DNA of 64,000 nucleotides. Source: an uncultured Acidobacteriota bacterium (GTDB lineage Bacteria > Acidobacteriota > Thermoanaerobaculia > UBA5066 > Gp7-AA6). The notes beneath the pieces were generated by a model, which was given only the letters and a program-made list of their open reading frames with translations, ran no database searches and was not told the DNA's origin. Shown one piece after another: positions 11,878 through 23,898 of this stretch. The translations under genes were made by a program, and so were the position numbers. The stretch is taken from positions 1,453,828 through 1,517,827 of the forward strand of contig CAWDUQ010000002.1 in the NCBI GenBank assembly GCA_963805495.1, given 5' to 3'. The first letter of the stretch is position 1. Each line of letters opens with the position of its first letter.

Positions 11878-13952
11878 TTTTCCACCACGATTTCGGAAAA
11901 GTCCGCCAGTCGAGAGAATTCTTGCTGAATCGAGGCGAGCAGCGCCAGCCGGTTCCGCCGCAGATCCTCTTCCGGGGCGTTGACGAGGACGTCGACGAAG
12001 AAGCGGTCGAGCGAGGGCGCGATCGAGGCGATCGTCTCCATGGCCTCCCGGTAGTGCCGGTCGGCCGCGAAGCCGTCGATCGCCTGCCGGGCCTGAAGGA
12101 AGTCCGAAGCCAGGGCCCGCTCGGCCGGCTCCCGGTAGAGCTCGGGCGCCGGGGCGCCGGCCTCGGCGTCGCCGACGATGTTGCGAATCCGCTTGGCGGC
12201 GAGGACCAGGGAGCGGAAGTCCATGTGCCGCCGGGCGTCCGAAAGCGCCCGCGCGCGATCGGCGACGTCCGCGAAGTCCCAGACGCCGACGTTCAGCACC
12301 GCCGAGATCTCGTCGTAGGCCGATCCACGCCGCTCGAGAACGCTCCTCAGGCGGTCCGAAAAGAAGCGCTCGAGCTCCTCGACGACGGCCTCGGGTTCGA
12401 GGCCGACCGCCTGCGGGGGATACAGCGACAGCGCCCGCCGCACGACCGGCCGCCAGTCGGTCCGCCAGTTGCGGCCGATCACGATCGACACGACGCCGAG
12501 CGCCGCGCGCCGGAGGCCGTAGGGGTCCTTCGAGCCGGTCGGGACGAGACCGACCCGGAAGAGACCGCAGAGCGAGTCGAACCGGTCGGCGAGCGAGAGG
12601 ATCGCCCCGGACGCCTCGCGCGGCGGATCGTCCGAGCCCGAGGCCGGACGGTACTGATCGTAGATGGCCTTCCAGACCGAGTCGGGACGGCGCTCGCGGC
12701 GCGCATAGAGGCCGCCGATGACGCCCTGGAGGTCCGTGAATTCCTTGACGACGAGGCTCGTCAGGTCCGCCTTGGAAAGAAGGGCCGCCGTGCGCACGGC
12801 CTCGACGAGCTCCGCGCGGCCGACCTCCACCGCGATCGTCTCCGCCAGGTCCTGCAGCCGCGCGGTCTTCTGCCGGTAGTCGCCGAGCTTCTCCTGAAAA
12901 GTCAGCCGGGAAAGTTTCGGCAGCTGCGCCTCGAGCGATTCCCTGGCATCTTCCTCGTAGAAGAAGCGGGCGTCGGCGAGGCGAGCGTTCAAGACCCACT
13001 CGCAGCCCTTGGCGATGAAGCCCTTCCGGTCGGAATCGTTGTCCATCACGGCGACGAAGTGCGGAAGAAGTCCCGCCGGCCCGCGCACCGGGAGGAACTT
13101 CTGGTGGGTCCGCATCACGGTGACGGTGATCTCCTCGGGCAGCTCGAGGAACTCGGGGGCAAAGGCGCCGCGCACGAGGCCCGGCCACTCGACGAGATCG
13201 GCGAGCGTGTTCGCCAGGTCCGCGTTCGCCTCGATCTGACCACCGACGGCCGAAGCGAGGGCGCGGGCCTTCTCGAGAATCGTGATCCGGCGGACTTCGG
13301 GGTCGGGCTCGACGAAGCTCTCGCGGAGCTTCGAGAGATAGTCGTCGGGGCCGGTGACGACGATCTCCCCGTCCGCGAGGACCCGGTGACCCGTGGTCCG
13401 GTCGCCCGCCGGGACGCCGTAGAGCTCGAGCGGAACGACCCGGCCGCCGAGCACGGCCACCACGCCGCGCACCGGGCGCACGAACGAGCGTTCGCCTCCG
13501 CCCCAGCGCATGGTCTTCGGAAAAGAGAGGCCCCCGACGACCCGCGGGATCACCTCGGCGAGGACCTCGGCCGCGGCGCGGCCGGGAATCGTCTTTCGAG
13601 CCGCGACGGTGCGACCGCGGGGCGAGTCGACCACGACGAGGTCGGCGACCTCGACCTTTTGCGCCTTCGCGAAGCCCTCCGCGGCTCGCGTGGGCTTGCC
13701 GTCCGCGTCGAAGGCGTTGGCCGCGGGCGGCCCGAGGACTTCGGCAAACCGGTCCTCCTGGCGCTCGGGCAGGCCCCGGAGAACGAGCACGAGACGCCGG
13801 AGCGTCGCGTACGCCTCGATCGCCGCGGGCGCGAGACCTTCGCCGGCGAGGGCGTCTCCGGCCGCGCGCGAAAGCTCCAGGCGCGCCGGCAGCAGCGCCG
13901 GGGCCGGGATCTCCTCCGTCCGGATCTCGAGTAGAAAGTCTTGGGCGTTCAC
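11874..13952 (-). CDS. glyS: Glycine--tRNA ligase beta subunit.
   Basis: GTG start gives MNAQDFLLEIRTEEIPA, the canonical GlyS N-terminus. 692 aa. The stop overlaps the ppdK ATG (ATGA). Confidence 0.9.
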   Translation of the reverse strand: MNAQDFLLEIRTEEIPAPALLPARLELSRAAGDALAGEGLAPAAIEAYATLRRLVLVLRGLPERQEDRFAEVLGPPAANAFDADGKPTRAAEGFAKAQKVEVADLVVVDSPRGRTVAARKTIPGRAAAEVLAEVIPRVVGGLSFPKTMRWGGGERSFVRPVRGVVAVLGGRVVPLELYGVPAGDRTTGHRVLADGEIVVTGPDDYLSKLRESFVEPDPEVRRITILEKARALASAVGGQIEANADLANTLADLVEWPGLVRGAFAPEFLELPEEITVTVMRTHQKFLPVRGPAGLLPHFVAVMDNDSDRKGFIAKGCEWVLNARLADARFFYEEDARESLEAQLPKLSRLTFQEKLGDYRQKTARLQDLAETIAVEVGRAELVEAVRTAALLSKADLTSLVVKEFTDLQGVIGGLYARRERRPDSVWKAIYDQYRPASGSDDPPREASGAILSLADRFDSLCGLFRVGLVPTGSKDPYGLRRAALGVVSIVIGRNWRTDWRPVVRRALSLYPPQAVGLEPEAVVEELERFFSDRLRSVLERRGSAYDEISAVLNVGVWDFADVADRARALSDARRHMDFRSLVLAAKRIRNIVGDAEAGAPAPELYREPAERALASDFLQARQAIDGFAADRHYREAMETIASIAPSLDRFFVDVLVNAPEEDLRRNRLALLASIQQEFSRLADFSEIVVEK

Positions 13953-14046
13953 TTCTGCTGATTGCCGCCGCGAGGGCGCCGCCGGATCCACCGTTGACAG
14001 CTGCGAGAAAAACTCTCCGCTCCCGTCGGGCGCGTCGAGCGCCCGC

Positions 14047-14934
14047 TCAGACAGCCGCGGGCTCCGGCTGCGCGGCCGGTGTCCGCTCCCCTTCCTTGCC
14101 CGAAACGTAGGCCCGCGCACACGCGCAGGCGAGATCGCGAATCCGCCGGATGATCCCGACGCGGTCGGTCGCCGAGACCGCGCCGCGGGCGTCCAGCACG
14201 TTGAACTGGTGGGAGCAGACGAGGGTCGCCTCGTACGCGGGAATCACGAGACCGGCGTCGAGACACCGGCGGGCCTCCCGCTCGTGGCGGTCGAGCATGA
14301 GCTGGGCGAGCTCGGCGTCGGCAACCTCGAAGTCGTACTTCGAGAGCTCGACCTCCTCGCGCCGCCGCACCTGCCCGTAGGACAGCGTCTCGTTCCACAT
14401 CACGTCGTAGACCGAGTCGAGCTTGTTCAAGAACATCGCGATGCGCTCGAGCCCGTACGTGATCTCGGCAGTGACCGGAGAGAGGTCGATGCCGCCGGCC
14501 TGCTGGAAGTACGTGAACTGGGTGATTTCCATGCCGTCCATGACGACCTGCCAGCCGACGCCCCAGGCGCCGAGCGTCGGGGACTCCCAGTTGTCCTCCT
14601 CGAACCGCACGTCGTGCTCTTTGAGGACCACGCCGAGCCGCTCGAGGCTCCGCAGATAGGTCCGCTGGATGTCCTCCGGCGAGGGCTTCACGACGACCTG
14701 GAACTGCAGGTGCTTGCCGAGGCGGAACGGGTTCTCGCCGTAGCGGCCATCGGCCGGTCGGCGCGAGGGCTGGACGTAGGCGCACTTCCACGGCTCGGAC
14801 GTCAGCACCTTCAGGAAGGTCGCGGGATGCATGGTCCCGGCCCCGACCGGCAGGTCGTAGGGCTGCTCGATCAGGCATCCCTCGCCTTCCCAGAAGGCGG
14901 TCAGCTCGGCGATGAGCCGCTGCAAGGTGAACAC
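14047..14934 (-). CDS. glyQ: Glycine--tRNA ligase alpha subunit.
   Basis: MFTLQRLIAELTAFWEGEGCLIEQPYDLPVGAGTMHPATF is highly conserved GlyQ. Confidence 0.93.
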   Translation of the reverse strand: MFTLQRLIAELTAFWEGEGCLIEQPYDLPVGAGTMHPATFLKVLTSEPWKCAYVQPSRRPADGRYGENPFRLGKHLQFQVVVKPSPEDIQRTYLRSLERLGVVLKEHDVRFEEDNWESPTLGAWGVGWQVVMDGMEITQFTYFQQAGGIDLSPVTAEITYGLERIAMFLNKLDSVYDVMWNETLSYGQVRRREEVELSKYDFEVADAELAQLMLDRHEREARRCLDAGLVIPAYEATLVCSHQFNVLDARGAVSATDRVGIIRRIRDLACACARAYVSGKEGERTPAAQPEPAAV

Positions 14935-15097
14935 TGGCTAAAGCTTACCGCATGCAACCGGGCGATCTTCGGCCCGGACGAATGAGCACGGTCCGTCGGG
15001 GCGGGACTCGCCCCCGCCCCCCCTGTCGCCGCATCGGGCGGCGTGTCGTGTCTCCGATTCCCGAAGGAGGGGGCTTCCGGGACGAGACCGTCGAACG

Positions 15098-15835
15098 TCA
15101 TCCAAAAATGTCCGCGAGGACCCGCTGCGACTTCAGCTCGTGGCCCAGGAAGTGGCGGCGGGCTCGGCGGGCGATCATGGCGATCTCGGCAAGGCCCTTC
15201 GGACGCGTCGCCGGATCGAGGGGTCCGCCGAGGAATCCGCGGAGCGTCGCGTGGGCGTCGGCCGAGATGCGAATCGCCTCCGATCGCCGGCACTCGGCTC
15301 CGATGAAGCCCGGCCGCCCCTCGTCGAAAATCAGGGGACCTGTCTCCTCGAGCGGCCGGCCGCAGCCGGCGCACTCGCGCGGCGTCGGGAAGAGGCCTGA
15401 CAGCTTGAGGATCCAGACGTCGAAATAGGCGGCGACGAGCGGCGCCGGGCCGCCCGCGAAGAGGGCGTCCATCATGTGCCGTGCCAGCCGGTAGAAGGGC
15501 TCGGCCGGATCGGACTCCGAGACGAAGGTTTCGAGGCTCTCGGCGAGCGTCGAGAGGAGCAGGGCCCGGTCGAGCTCCTTCGACAGCGCGAAAGAAGGGC
15601 GGATGGGGTCGACGGCGTTCAGGGACACGAGCTCCCGCCCCTCCTTCTCGAAGTACACAACGCGCGCCTCCGTCATGGGCTCCAGCGCCCCCGAGAAAAC
15701 GCTCTTGGCACGCCGCGCGCCGCGCGCGACGCCGCGTTTCTTGCCCGCGTCACGGGTCAGGAAGGAAACGATCCGGTCGGTCTCGCGCAGCGAGTACGTC
15801 GCGAGAATGAAGGACTCGGAAGTGTGAAGCTTCAC
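15098..15835 (-). CDS. recO: DNA repair protein RecO.
   Basis: LRETDRIVSFLTRDAGKKRGVARGARRAKSVFSGALEPMT matches the RecO N-terminal OB-fold region. It lies upstream of glyQS on the same strand. Confidence 0.8.
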   Translation of the reverse strand: MKLHTSESFILATYSLRETDRIVSFLTRDAGKKRGVARGARRAKSVFSGALEPMTEARVVYFEKEGRELVSLNAVDPIRPSFALSKELDRALLLSTLAESLETFVSESDPAEPFYRLARHMMDALFAGGPAPLVAAYFDVWILKLSGLFPTPRECAGCGRPLEETGPLIFDEGRPGFIGAECRRSEAIRISADAHATLRGFLGGPLDPATRPKGLAEIAMIARRARRHFLGHELKSQRVLADIFG

Positions 15836-15914
15836 GAGAAGCGATTATGATCAGGACGCAGCCGGACGCATTCCTAATACAATCATGAATTTAGATAATT
15901 TTTCCTAATCTTTT
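15836..15914. promoter_or_regulatory. AT-rich divergent intergenic region between recO and the MFS gene; probable promoter(s).
   Basis: Local AT island (ttcctaatacaatcatgaatttagataatttttcctaatcttttATG) in a ~70% GC background. TAGATAAT -10-like element 15 nt upstream of the MFS ATG. Confidence 0.3.
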
Positions 15915-17126
15915 ATGGCAAACATCCAGCCCTACAAGATGAATTCCGGGGTCGTCAAGCTGGGCTGGATCTCGTTCTTGTCGGACGTGGCCTCGGACAT
16001 GATCTTCCCGCTGCTCCCCGACTTCCTGACGCGCACGCTCAAGGCCGGCCCGGCCGCCATCGGTGCGATCGAGGGCGTCGCGGAGGCCACCTCGTCGTTC
16101 ATGAAGATGGTATCGGGCAGGTTGTCCGACCGCGTCCGCCGCCGCAAGCCCTTGATCGTCGCCGGCTACTCGATCGCCGCGCTCGCCCGGCCGCTCATCG
16201 GGCTCGCCGCGAACTGGACGCAGGTCCTCGCGATCCGGTTCACGGATCGGATCGGCAAGGGCATCCGTACCTCGCCGCGCGATGCGCTGCTCGCGGACCT
16301 CGTGCCGCCCGAGAAGCGCGGCCGCGCCTTCGGTCTGCAGCGCGCGATGGACAACGCGGGCGCCGTCGTCGGGCCGCTGCTCGCGGCCGCGCTGCTCAGG
16401 TTCGTCTTCGATGACGAACGCTCGATCTTTCTGCTCGCAGCGGTCCCGGGGCTCGCGGCCGTCGCACTCCTCGTTTTCGCCGTCAAGGAGCCCCCGAAGG
16501 CCCCGCGCGACCCCGCCGCGGCGCGGCCGCCCGGCGGACCGTTGCCGCGGAGGCTCAGGATCGCCATCGGGATCTTCGTCCTCTTCACGCTCGCGAGCTC
16601 GACCGACGCTTTCCTGATCCTCCGCGCGAGCAACGCGGGTGTCGCGCTCTGGCAGTTGCCGTTGCTCTGGGCCTTCTTCAATGGCGTCAAGGCCGTGGGC
16701 GGCGTTCCGGGAGGAGCGCTCGCCGATCGCCTGGGGCGGGTGCCGGCGATCGTCGCGGGCTGGACCGTGTACGCCATTTCCTACGTGGGCTTCGCCTTCG
16801 TGTCGAGCCCCGGACCGATCTGGGCGTGGTTCGGCTTCTACGCTCTCTTCTATGCGATGACCGAAGGGGCGGAACGGGCGCTCGTCGCCGATCTCGCGCC
16901 CGCCCGCCTGCGCGGGAAGGCCTTCGGCGCCTTCCACGCGTCGGTCGGCTTCGCTTCGCTGCCCGCCTCGATCCTCTTCGGCCTGTGGTGGAAGGCCTTC
17001 GGTCCCCGCGGCGCCTTTCTCATCGGGGCCGGCATCGCCGTCGCGGCCACTGCCACGCTCCTCGTCTTCCGGTCGCGCTCCGGTCCCCTGCACGCCGTCG
17101 AGGATCGCGAAACCGCTCCGGCGTAG
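15915..17126 (+). CDS. MFS transporter.
   Basis: 12-TM profile, GRLSDRVRRRKPL loop motif and a typical MFS repeat architecture. Confidence 0.8.
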   Translation: MANIQPYKMNSGVVKLGWISFLSDVASDMIFPLLPDFLTRTLKAGPAAIGAIEGVAEATSSFMKMVSGRLSDRVRRRKPLIVAGYSIAALARPLIGLAANWTQVLAIRFTDRIGKGIRTSPRDALLADLVPPEKRGRAFGLQRAMDNAGAVVGPLLAAALLRFVFDDERSIFLLAAVPGLAAVALLVFAVKEPPKAPRDPAAARPPGGPLPRRLRIAIGIFVLFTLASSTDAFLILRASNAGVALWQLPLLWAFFNGVKAVGGVPGGALADRLGRVPAIVAGWTVYAISYVGFAFVSSPGPIWAWFGFYALFYAMTEGAERALVADLAPARLRGKAFGAFHASVGFASLPASILFGLWWKAFGPRGAFLIGAGIAVAATATLLVFRSRSGPLHAVEDRETAPA

Positions 17127-17186
17127 CCGGACACGCCGCCCCGGGCCCGCCGCCGACCTGATAGCATTTCCCGCGGGGGTGACGGA

Positions 17187-17411
17187 ATGGGCCCGGTCTG
17201 GCGCCTCATCAAGGGACAGAAGGACATGTGCCACCGGTGCGGCCGGGAGATCGTCGACTTCCCCGCCGTCGGTCGCGTGATCGACTTCCAGTTTCGACCC
17301 GAAGAGAAGTACTGCTGGGACTGTTACCGGTACCTGACGCCCTTCGTCGACGACATCGCCCCGGTGTCCCAGGACCCGTTCCAGCCGGTCACCAAGCCGG
17401 CGATTCCGTGA
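17187..17411 (+). CDS. Small zinc-ribbon protein (CxxC...CxxC).
   Basis: GGGGTGA Shine-Dalgarno sequence 5 nt upstream of the ATG. CHRCG...CWDCY motifs. The stop TGA overlaps the GTG start of the next gene (GTGA). Confidence 0.5.
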   Translation: MGPVWRLIKGQKDMCHRCGREIVDFPAVGRVIDFQFRPEEKYCWDCYRYLTPFVDDIAPVSQDPFQPVTKPAIP

Positions 17412-18544
17412 CGGACCTTCTCTCCTCCTTCCGCCGGTCCGATCTTCTCCCCCTGGCCGAGAAGACGCTCGCGGGGGAACGCCTGTCCTTCGAGGACGGG
17501 GTCCGCCTCTTCGAGACGCGCGACTTCCTCGGGCTCGGCCGCCTCGCCAACCACGTCCGCGAGGCGCGCCACGGGAATCTCGCGTTCTACAACGTCAACC
17601 GCTATCTGAACCCGACGAACCTCTGCTGGGTCGACTGCGCCCTCTGCGCCTGGGCGAAGAAGGTCAACGAGCCGGGCGGCTACGAGATGGCGATCGACGA
17701 ATGTGTGGCCGAGGCCGGCCGCGGCTACAGCGACGCCGTGACCGAGCTCCACATCGTCGGCGGCCTCCACCCGACGTGGCCCTTCGAGTACTACACGGGC
17801 CTGCTCCGCGCACTCAAGTCGAAGTTTCCGGGCGTGCACCTGAAGGCCTGGACGATGGTGGAGGTCGACTGGATCGCGAAGATCGGGGGGCGGGCGCTGC
17901 CGGACGCCATTCGGGAGTTGAAGGCCGCGGGGATGGACTCCTGCCCCGGCGGCGGCGCGGAGATCTTCGCCCGGCGCGTCCGCGACATCATCTGCACCAA
18001 CAAGATCTCGGGCGAGCGCTGGCTGGAAGTCGCGCGCGAGTGCCACCGGCAGGGCGTCCGGACCAACGCCACGATGCTCTACGGCCACGTCGAGACGGTC
18101 GAGGAGCGCGTCGACCACCTGCTGCGCCTGCGCGCGCTGCAGGACGAGACCGGCGGAATCCCGGGTCTGATTCCGCTGGCCTTCCATCCCGAGAACACGC
18201 CGCTTTCGCACCTGCCCTCTTCGACCGGGCAGCTCGACCTGCGGGTGATCGCGGCCTCCCGGCTCCTGCTCGACAACGTGCCGCACATCAAGGCCTACTG
18301 GATACAGATCGGCACGAAGCTCGCCCAGGTCGCGCTCTTCTTCGGCGCCGACGATCTGGTCGGCACCGTCGTCGACGAGATCATCACGCACGCGGCCGGC
18401 GCGACGACCGCTTCCGGGCTCACGCGCGCCGATTTCGAGCGCATCATCCGCGAGTCGGGCCGCGAGCCCTACGAACGGGACTCGGAGTACAGGCGCGTCG
18501 AAAGGCGCGGGCCCCGCGCGGAGCCGGTTCCGGCGCTCGCATGA
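17408..18544 (+). CDS. Radical SAM menaquinone-biosynthesis enzyme of the futalosine pathway (MqnC/MqnE family).
   Basis: NVNRYLNPTNLCWVDCALCAW CxxxCxxC cluster and overall MqnC/MqnE-like layout. 378 aa. Confidence 0.7.
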   Translation: MTDLLSSFRRSDLLPLAEKTLAGERLSFEDGVRLFETRDFLGLGRLANHVREARHGNLAFYNVNRYLNPTNLCWVDCALCAWAKKVNEPGGYEMAIDECVAEAGRGYSDAVTELHIVGGLHPTWPFEYYTGLLRALKSKFPGVHLKAWTMVEVDWIAKIGGRALPDAIRELKAAGMDSCPGGGAEIFARRVRDIICTNKISGERWLEVARECHRQGVRTNATMLYGHVETVEERVDHLLRLRALQDETGGIPGLIPLAFHPENTPLSHLPSSTGQLDLRVIAASRLLLDNVPHIKAYWIQIGTKLAQVALFFGADDLVGTVVDEIITHAAGATTASGLTRADFERIIRESGREPYERDSEYRRVERRGPRAEPVPALA

Positions 18545-19470
18545 CCCGGGGCCGCCGGCCCGGCGCCGCGGCCGGCGCGCTGGCGGCGGCGCTCTCGATC
18601 GGCTGCGCGGGCGGCGGCTACGAAGGCAAGCCCCGGGTCGCGGTCGTCGACGGCGACCCCATCGTCCAGATGACGCCGCAGGACCGGGCCCCGGGTCTCG
18701 ACTCGCCGCACCTCGTTCCGCTCAGGCAGCACACGGATCCGCCGTTTCGCAACGAGAAGGTCCTCGGCCTCGCGCTCGGCGCGCCCGAGCGCATGTACCC
18801 GATCGGCCTGCTCGACGACGTGGAGGTCGTCGACGACGAGGCCGGCGGCGTGCCGTACGTCGTGGTCCGTTCCCCGCTTGCGGGTCTCTCGACGGTTCTC
18901 GACCGCCGGGTCGGCGGCCGGACCCTGACGTTCGAGAACTCGGGCGCCGCCTGGCGGGACGTCCTGGTATTGCGCGACCGGGAAACCGGGACCTACTGGG
19001 CGCCCGCGACCGGGCGCGCGCTGGCCGGCCCCCTCGCCGGCGAGTCACTGACGGTCCTTCCGGCCGCGGTCACGACGGCCGAGGCCTGGAGGGAGCTCTA
19101 CCCGTCGACAATCTGCCTGGACACCGGCAAGCTCTCGGCTGTCTCGCTGAGCCTGCGGGCGTACGCCGCATCCTCCCGGGAAGGCGTTTCGGGAAAGAAG
19201 ACATCCGATCGCCGGTATCCGCCGAAGGAGACGGTCTATTTCGCCGCGGGCGGGAGCGAGACGGTCGCCTTCACCGCGGAGTACGCCCGCGGAAAGAAGG
19301 CGTTCGAAGCGGAGCTCGACGGGCGGCCACTGACGGTCGAGTGGGACGGCGCGGTGCGGGCCCCCCGCGCCTTCCGTCCGGCGGCGGGCCCACGGCAGGA
19401 GATCCCGGTGGTCCCGATCTACTGGTTCGCGCTCGTCGAGCAACTCCCCGGGGTCAGGGCGATTCCCTGA
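18541..19470 (+). CDS. Lipoprotein of unknown function.
   Basis: ATG overlaps the mqn stop (ATGA). Lipobox LSIGCAGG. ORF of ordinary composition. Confidence 0.6.
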   Translation: MTRGRRPGAAAGALAAALSIGCAGGGYEGKPRVAVVDGDPIVQMTPQDRAPGLDSPHLVPLRQHTDPPFRNEKVLGLALGAPERMYPIGLLDDVEVVDDEAGGVPYVVVRSPLAGLSTVLDRRVGGRTLTFENSGAAWRDVLVLRDRETGTYWAPATGRALAGPLAGESLTVLPAAVTTAEAWRELYPSTICLDTGKLSAVSLSLRAYAASSREGVSGKKTSDRRYPPKETVYFAAGGSETVAFTAEYARGKKAFEAELDGRPLTVEWDGAVRAPRAFRPAAGPRQEIPVVPIYWFALVEQLPGVRAIP

Positions 19471-20446
19471 GCAACCCCGGCCCATTCGGGCCAGTCCCGG
19501 CGGCCGGAGGCGACGGGCTGAAATCCGACGAGCCCAGCCCCGGACCCGCGGGGTGGACTTCCTCCTCGGTGCCGACCGAAAACTTCTTGTAGTCGAAGTA
19601 TCTGGAGTGAATTTCGACGCGGCTGCCGAACACGAGAAGGACCCTCGCCTCGCCGCGAAAGTGGGCCTCCGAGGGCAGCCAGATCTCGCCGTTGACCTTG
19701 CGGCGCTGGATGAAAGCGGTCGAGCCCTTCTGCAGCCGCGCCAGGCGCATCGGACCGACGCCGAGGCTGTCGAGCAGCTTCGCCTCGAGACGGACGAGCT
19801 GGCGGTCCTTCTCGTCGACCCATGCTTCGCCGGCCAGCTTCTGGGCCACCTTGCCTCCCCGCGTCACGGGCTCGAAGCCCGGGCGCGGGACGAACGCGAC
19901 GACGATGGTCGGCCGGCCGTCGATGATCTCCCGCCGGACGATCCGGAACTCGTCCATGCGGAAGATCTCATCGACGGCCTCCTCGTCCTTGCGGCGGTTC
20001 TCCTCCTCCCGGGCCAGTCGCTCCCGGCGCGCTTCCTCGTCCTCGCCGACCCGGTTCCGCGCGCGTTTTGCGGCCTTCGCCTCCTGCTTGCGGTCCTGCT
20101 CGCCGAGCTCCTCGGCGCTCAAGGGATGCCCGTCGCGGGCGACGAGCCGCCGATAGAGCTCGCCGGGCTCGGCGGACGGGTAGACCTCGTAGGTCTCGGT
20201 CTTCGTTTTCTTGATCGCTCCGTTCGCATCGAGCTTGCTCTGCGTATACGTCTCGTTGAACGTATATTGCTCAAGAAGCGAATTGTCGCCTCTCAGGTTC
20301 CGCCGCACTTCCTCCAGGAACGCCCGGGTGTCGGGCAGGTCCGGCGCGGGCGCCGGGGCGTCCTGGGCGGCCAGGGCGCCCGCGACGAGCGCGGCGAGGA
20401 GGGCGGCGAAGAGCGCGCGAGCCTTCCTCATCGATGGCTGCAACAA
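19454..20446 (-). CDS. Secreted hypothetical protein with a central charged (K/R/E-rich) segment.
   Basis: Signal peptide MRKARALFAALLAALVAGALAAQDA. Clean ORF convergent with the lipoprotein gene. Confidence 0.55.
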   Translation of the reverse strand: MLQPSMRKARALFAALLAALVAGALAAQDAPAPAPDLPDTRAFLEEVRRNLRGDNSLLEQYTFNETYTQSKLDANGAIKKTKTETYEVYPSAEPGELYRRLVARDGHPLSAEELGEQDRKQEAKAAKRARNRVGEDEEARRERLAREEENRRKDEEAVDEIFRMDEFRIVRREIIDGRPTIVVAFVPRPGFEPVTRGGKVAQKLAGEAWVDEKDRQLVRLEAKLLDSLGVGPMRLARLQKGSTAFIQRRKVNGEIWLPSEAHFRGEARVLLVFGSRVEIHSRYFDYKKFSVGTEEEVHPAGPGLGSSDFSPSPPAAGTGPNGPGLLRESP

Positions 20447-20479
20447 TCCGCGCGCGAAGCTGAATTCCCGGCCGACGGA

Positions 20480-20510
20480 TTGCGGAGCGCGGGCCGCGCC
20501 TGCATATAAT
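20480..20510 (+). promoter_or_regulatory. Sigma70-like promoter for sdhCAB-fumC (TTGCGG-19nt-TATAAT), giving a near-leaderless transcript.
   Basis: Perfect TATAAT at 20505..20510, 10 nt upstream of the sdhC ATG. -35-like TTGCGG at 20480..20485. Confidence 0.4.
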
Positions 20511-20520
20511 CCCGGATTGG

Positions 20521-21183
20521 ATGGCTCAGCCGCCAGGATTCATCGGATCGTCCATCGGCCGGAAGGTCGTCATGGCCGTGACCGGGATCGTTCTCGTCGG
20601 GTTCGTCATGGTCCACATGCTCGGCAACCTCCAGGTGTATCTGGGCCCCGGGCCGATGAACGCCTACGGCGAGTTCCTCCGGCACCTCCTCCACGGGACC
20701 GGGCTCTGGATCGCCCGGGCCGTCCTGCTGACGGCCGTGGTCCTCCACATCTGGGCGGCGACCTCGCTGACCCTGACGAGCCGCCGGGCCCGCCCGATCG
20801 CCTACCGCGAGCAGAAGTGGAAGGAGTCGACCTACGCCTCCCGGACGATGCGCTGGAGCGGGGTCATTCTCTTCTTCTTCATCATCTATCACCTGATGCA
20901 TTTTACGATCGGCAACGCCCACCCGAGCTTCATCGAGGGCGACGTCTACCACAACTTCGTCGCCGGGTTCCGGAGTGTCCCGGTCTCGATCGTCTACATC
21001 GTCGCGATGGTGCTGCTCGGCCTCCACCTCCGGCACGGCGTGTGGAGCATGTTCCAGACGCTCGGCGTCTCGCACCCCCGCGCGATCGCGGCGGCGAAGA
21101 CGGGCGCCTGGATCTACGCCTTGATCGTGGTGCTCGGCAACATTTCGTTCCCCCTGGCCGTCCTGGCGGGAATCATCCGGTGA
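20521..21183 (+). CDS. sdhC: Succinate dehydrogenase/fumarate reductase cytochrome b558 subunit.
   Basis: 5-TM b558-type SdhC with [11 protein letters not shown] and haem-ligand His residues. First gene of sdhCAB. Confidence 0.85.
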   Translation: MAQPPGFIGSSIGRKVVMAVTGIVLVGFVMVHMLGNLQVYLGPGPMNAYGEFLRHLLHGTGLWIARAVLLTAVVLHIWAATSLTLTSRRARPIAYREQKWKESTYASRTMRWSGVILFFFIIYHLMHFTIGNAHPSFIEGDVYHNFVAGFRSVPVSIVYIVAMVLLGLHLRHGVWSMFQTLGVSHPRAIAAAKTGAWIYALIVVLGNISFPLAVLAGIIR

Positions 21184-21202
21184 CCGGAGGAGCACCCAAG
21201 CC

Positions 21203-23112
<1,910 letters not shown>

Positions 23113-23116
<4 letters not shown>

Positions 23117-23895
23117 AGATCACGCTGAAGGTCTGGCGGCAGAAGGACGCGAAGGCCCCGGGCGGCTTCGTCACGTACGAGGCGCCCGACGTGAACGAAG
23201 AGATGTCGTTTCTCGAGATGCTCGACGTCGTCAACGAGGGCCTGATCGGGAAGGGCGAAGGGCCGATCGCGTTCGACCACGACTGCCGGGAGGGCATCTG
23301 CGGCACCTGCGGGGTCATGATCAACGGGCGCGCCCACGGCCCGCGGGCGAAGACGACCGCCTGCCAGCTCCACATGCGAAGCTTCTCCGACGGTGACGTC
23401 CTGACGATCGAGCCCTGGCGCGCGGGGGCCTTCCCGGTCGTCAAGGACCTGATCGTCGACCGCGGGGCATTCGACCGCATCATCGCGGCCGGCGGCTTCA
23501 TTTCCGCCGCAATCGGCGGAGCACAGGACGCCAATACGATCCCGATCCGGAAGGAGAACGCCGACCTCGCGATGGACGCCGCGGCCTGCATCGGCTGCGG
23601 CGCGTGCGTCGCGGCCTGCCCCAACGCCTCCGCCATGCTCTTCGTCTCGGCCAAGATCTCCCAGCTGGCGCTGTTGCCGCAGGGCCAGCCCGAGCGCGCC
23701 GACCGGGCGCGGAACATGGTCGCCCGGATGGACGCCGAGCGCTTCGGCACATGCACCAACCACGGCGAGTGCGAGGCGGCCTGTCCCAAGGGCATCCGCA
23801 TGCAGTTCATCGCCATGATGAACGCGGACTACGTGAAGGCGAAACTGACGGAGGGGCGGCGCCCGAGCGAGCTCTCCGACGGCGGCTCGGGGTAG
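23113..23895 (+). CDS. sdhB: Succinate dehydrogenase iron-sulfur subunit.
   Basis: [10 protein letters not shown] (2Fe-2S), [12 protein letters not shown] and [12 protein letters not shown] cluster motifs. ATG overlaps the sdhA stop (ATGA). Confidence 0.9.
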
Positions 23896-23898
23896 ACC

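Noticed and set aside
11878-13188. N-terminal 437-codon extension of the ppdK ORF (ATG at 13188).
   Set aside because: The extension is R/G/P-rich nonsense. The conserved PPDK N-terminus MKRVFSF begins at 11877 and overlaps the glyS stop.
14935-15097. Possible T-box riboswitch in the glyQS leader.
   Set aside because: The leader is only ~160 nt. It has no recognisable specifier-loop/T-box consensus (AATTAGGGTGGNACCGCG). The organism appears Gram-negative-like. Only a GC hairpin (ggggcggg...cccgcccc) is present.
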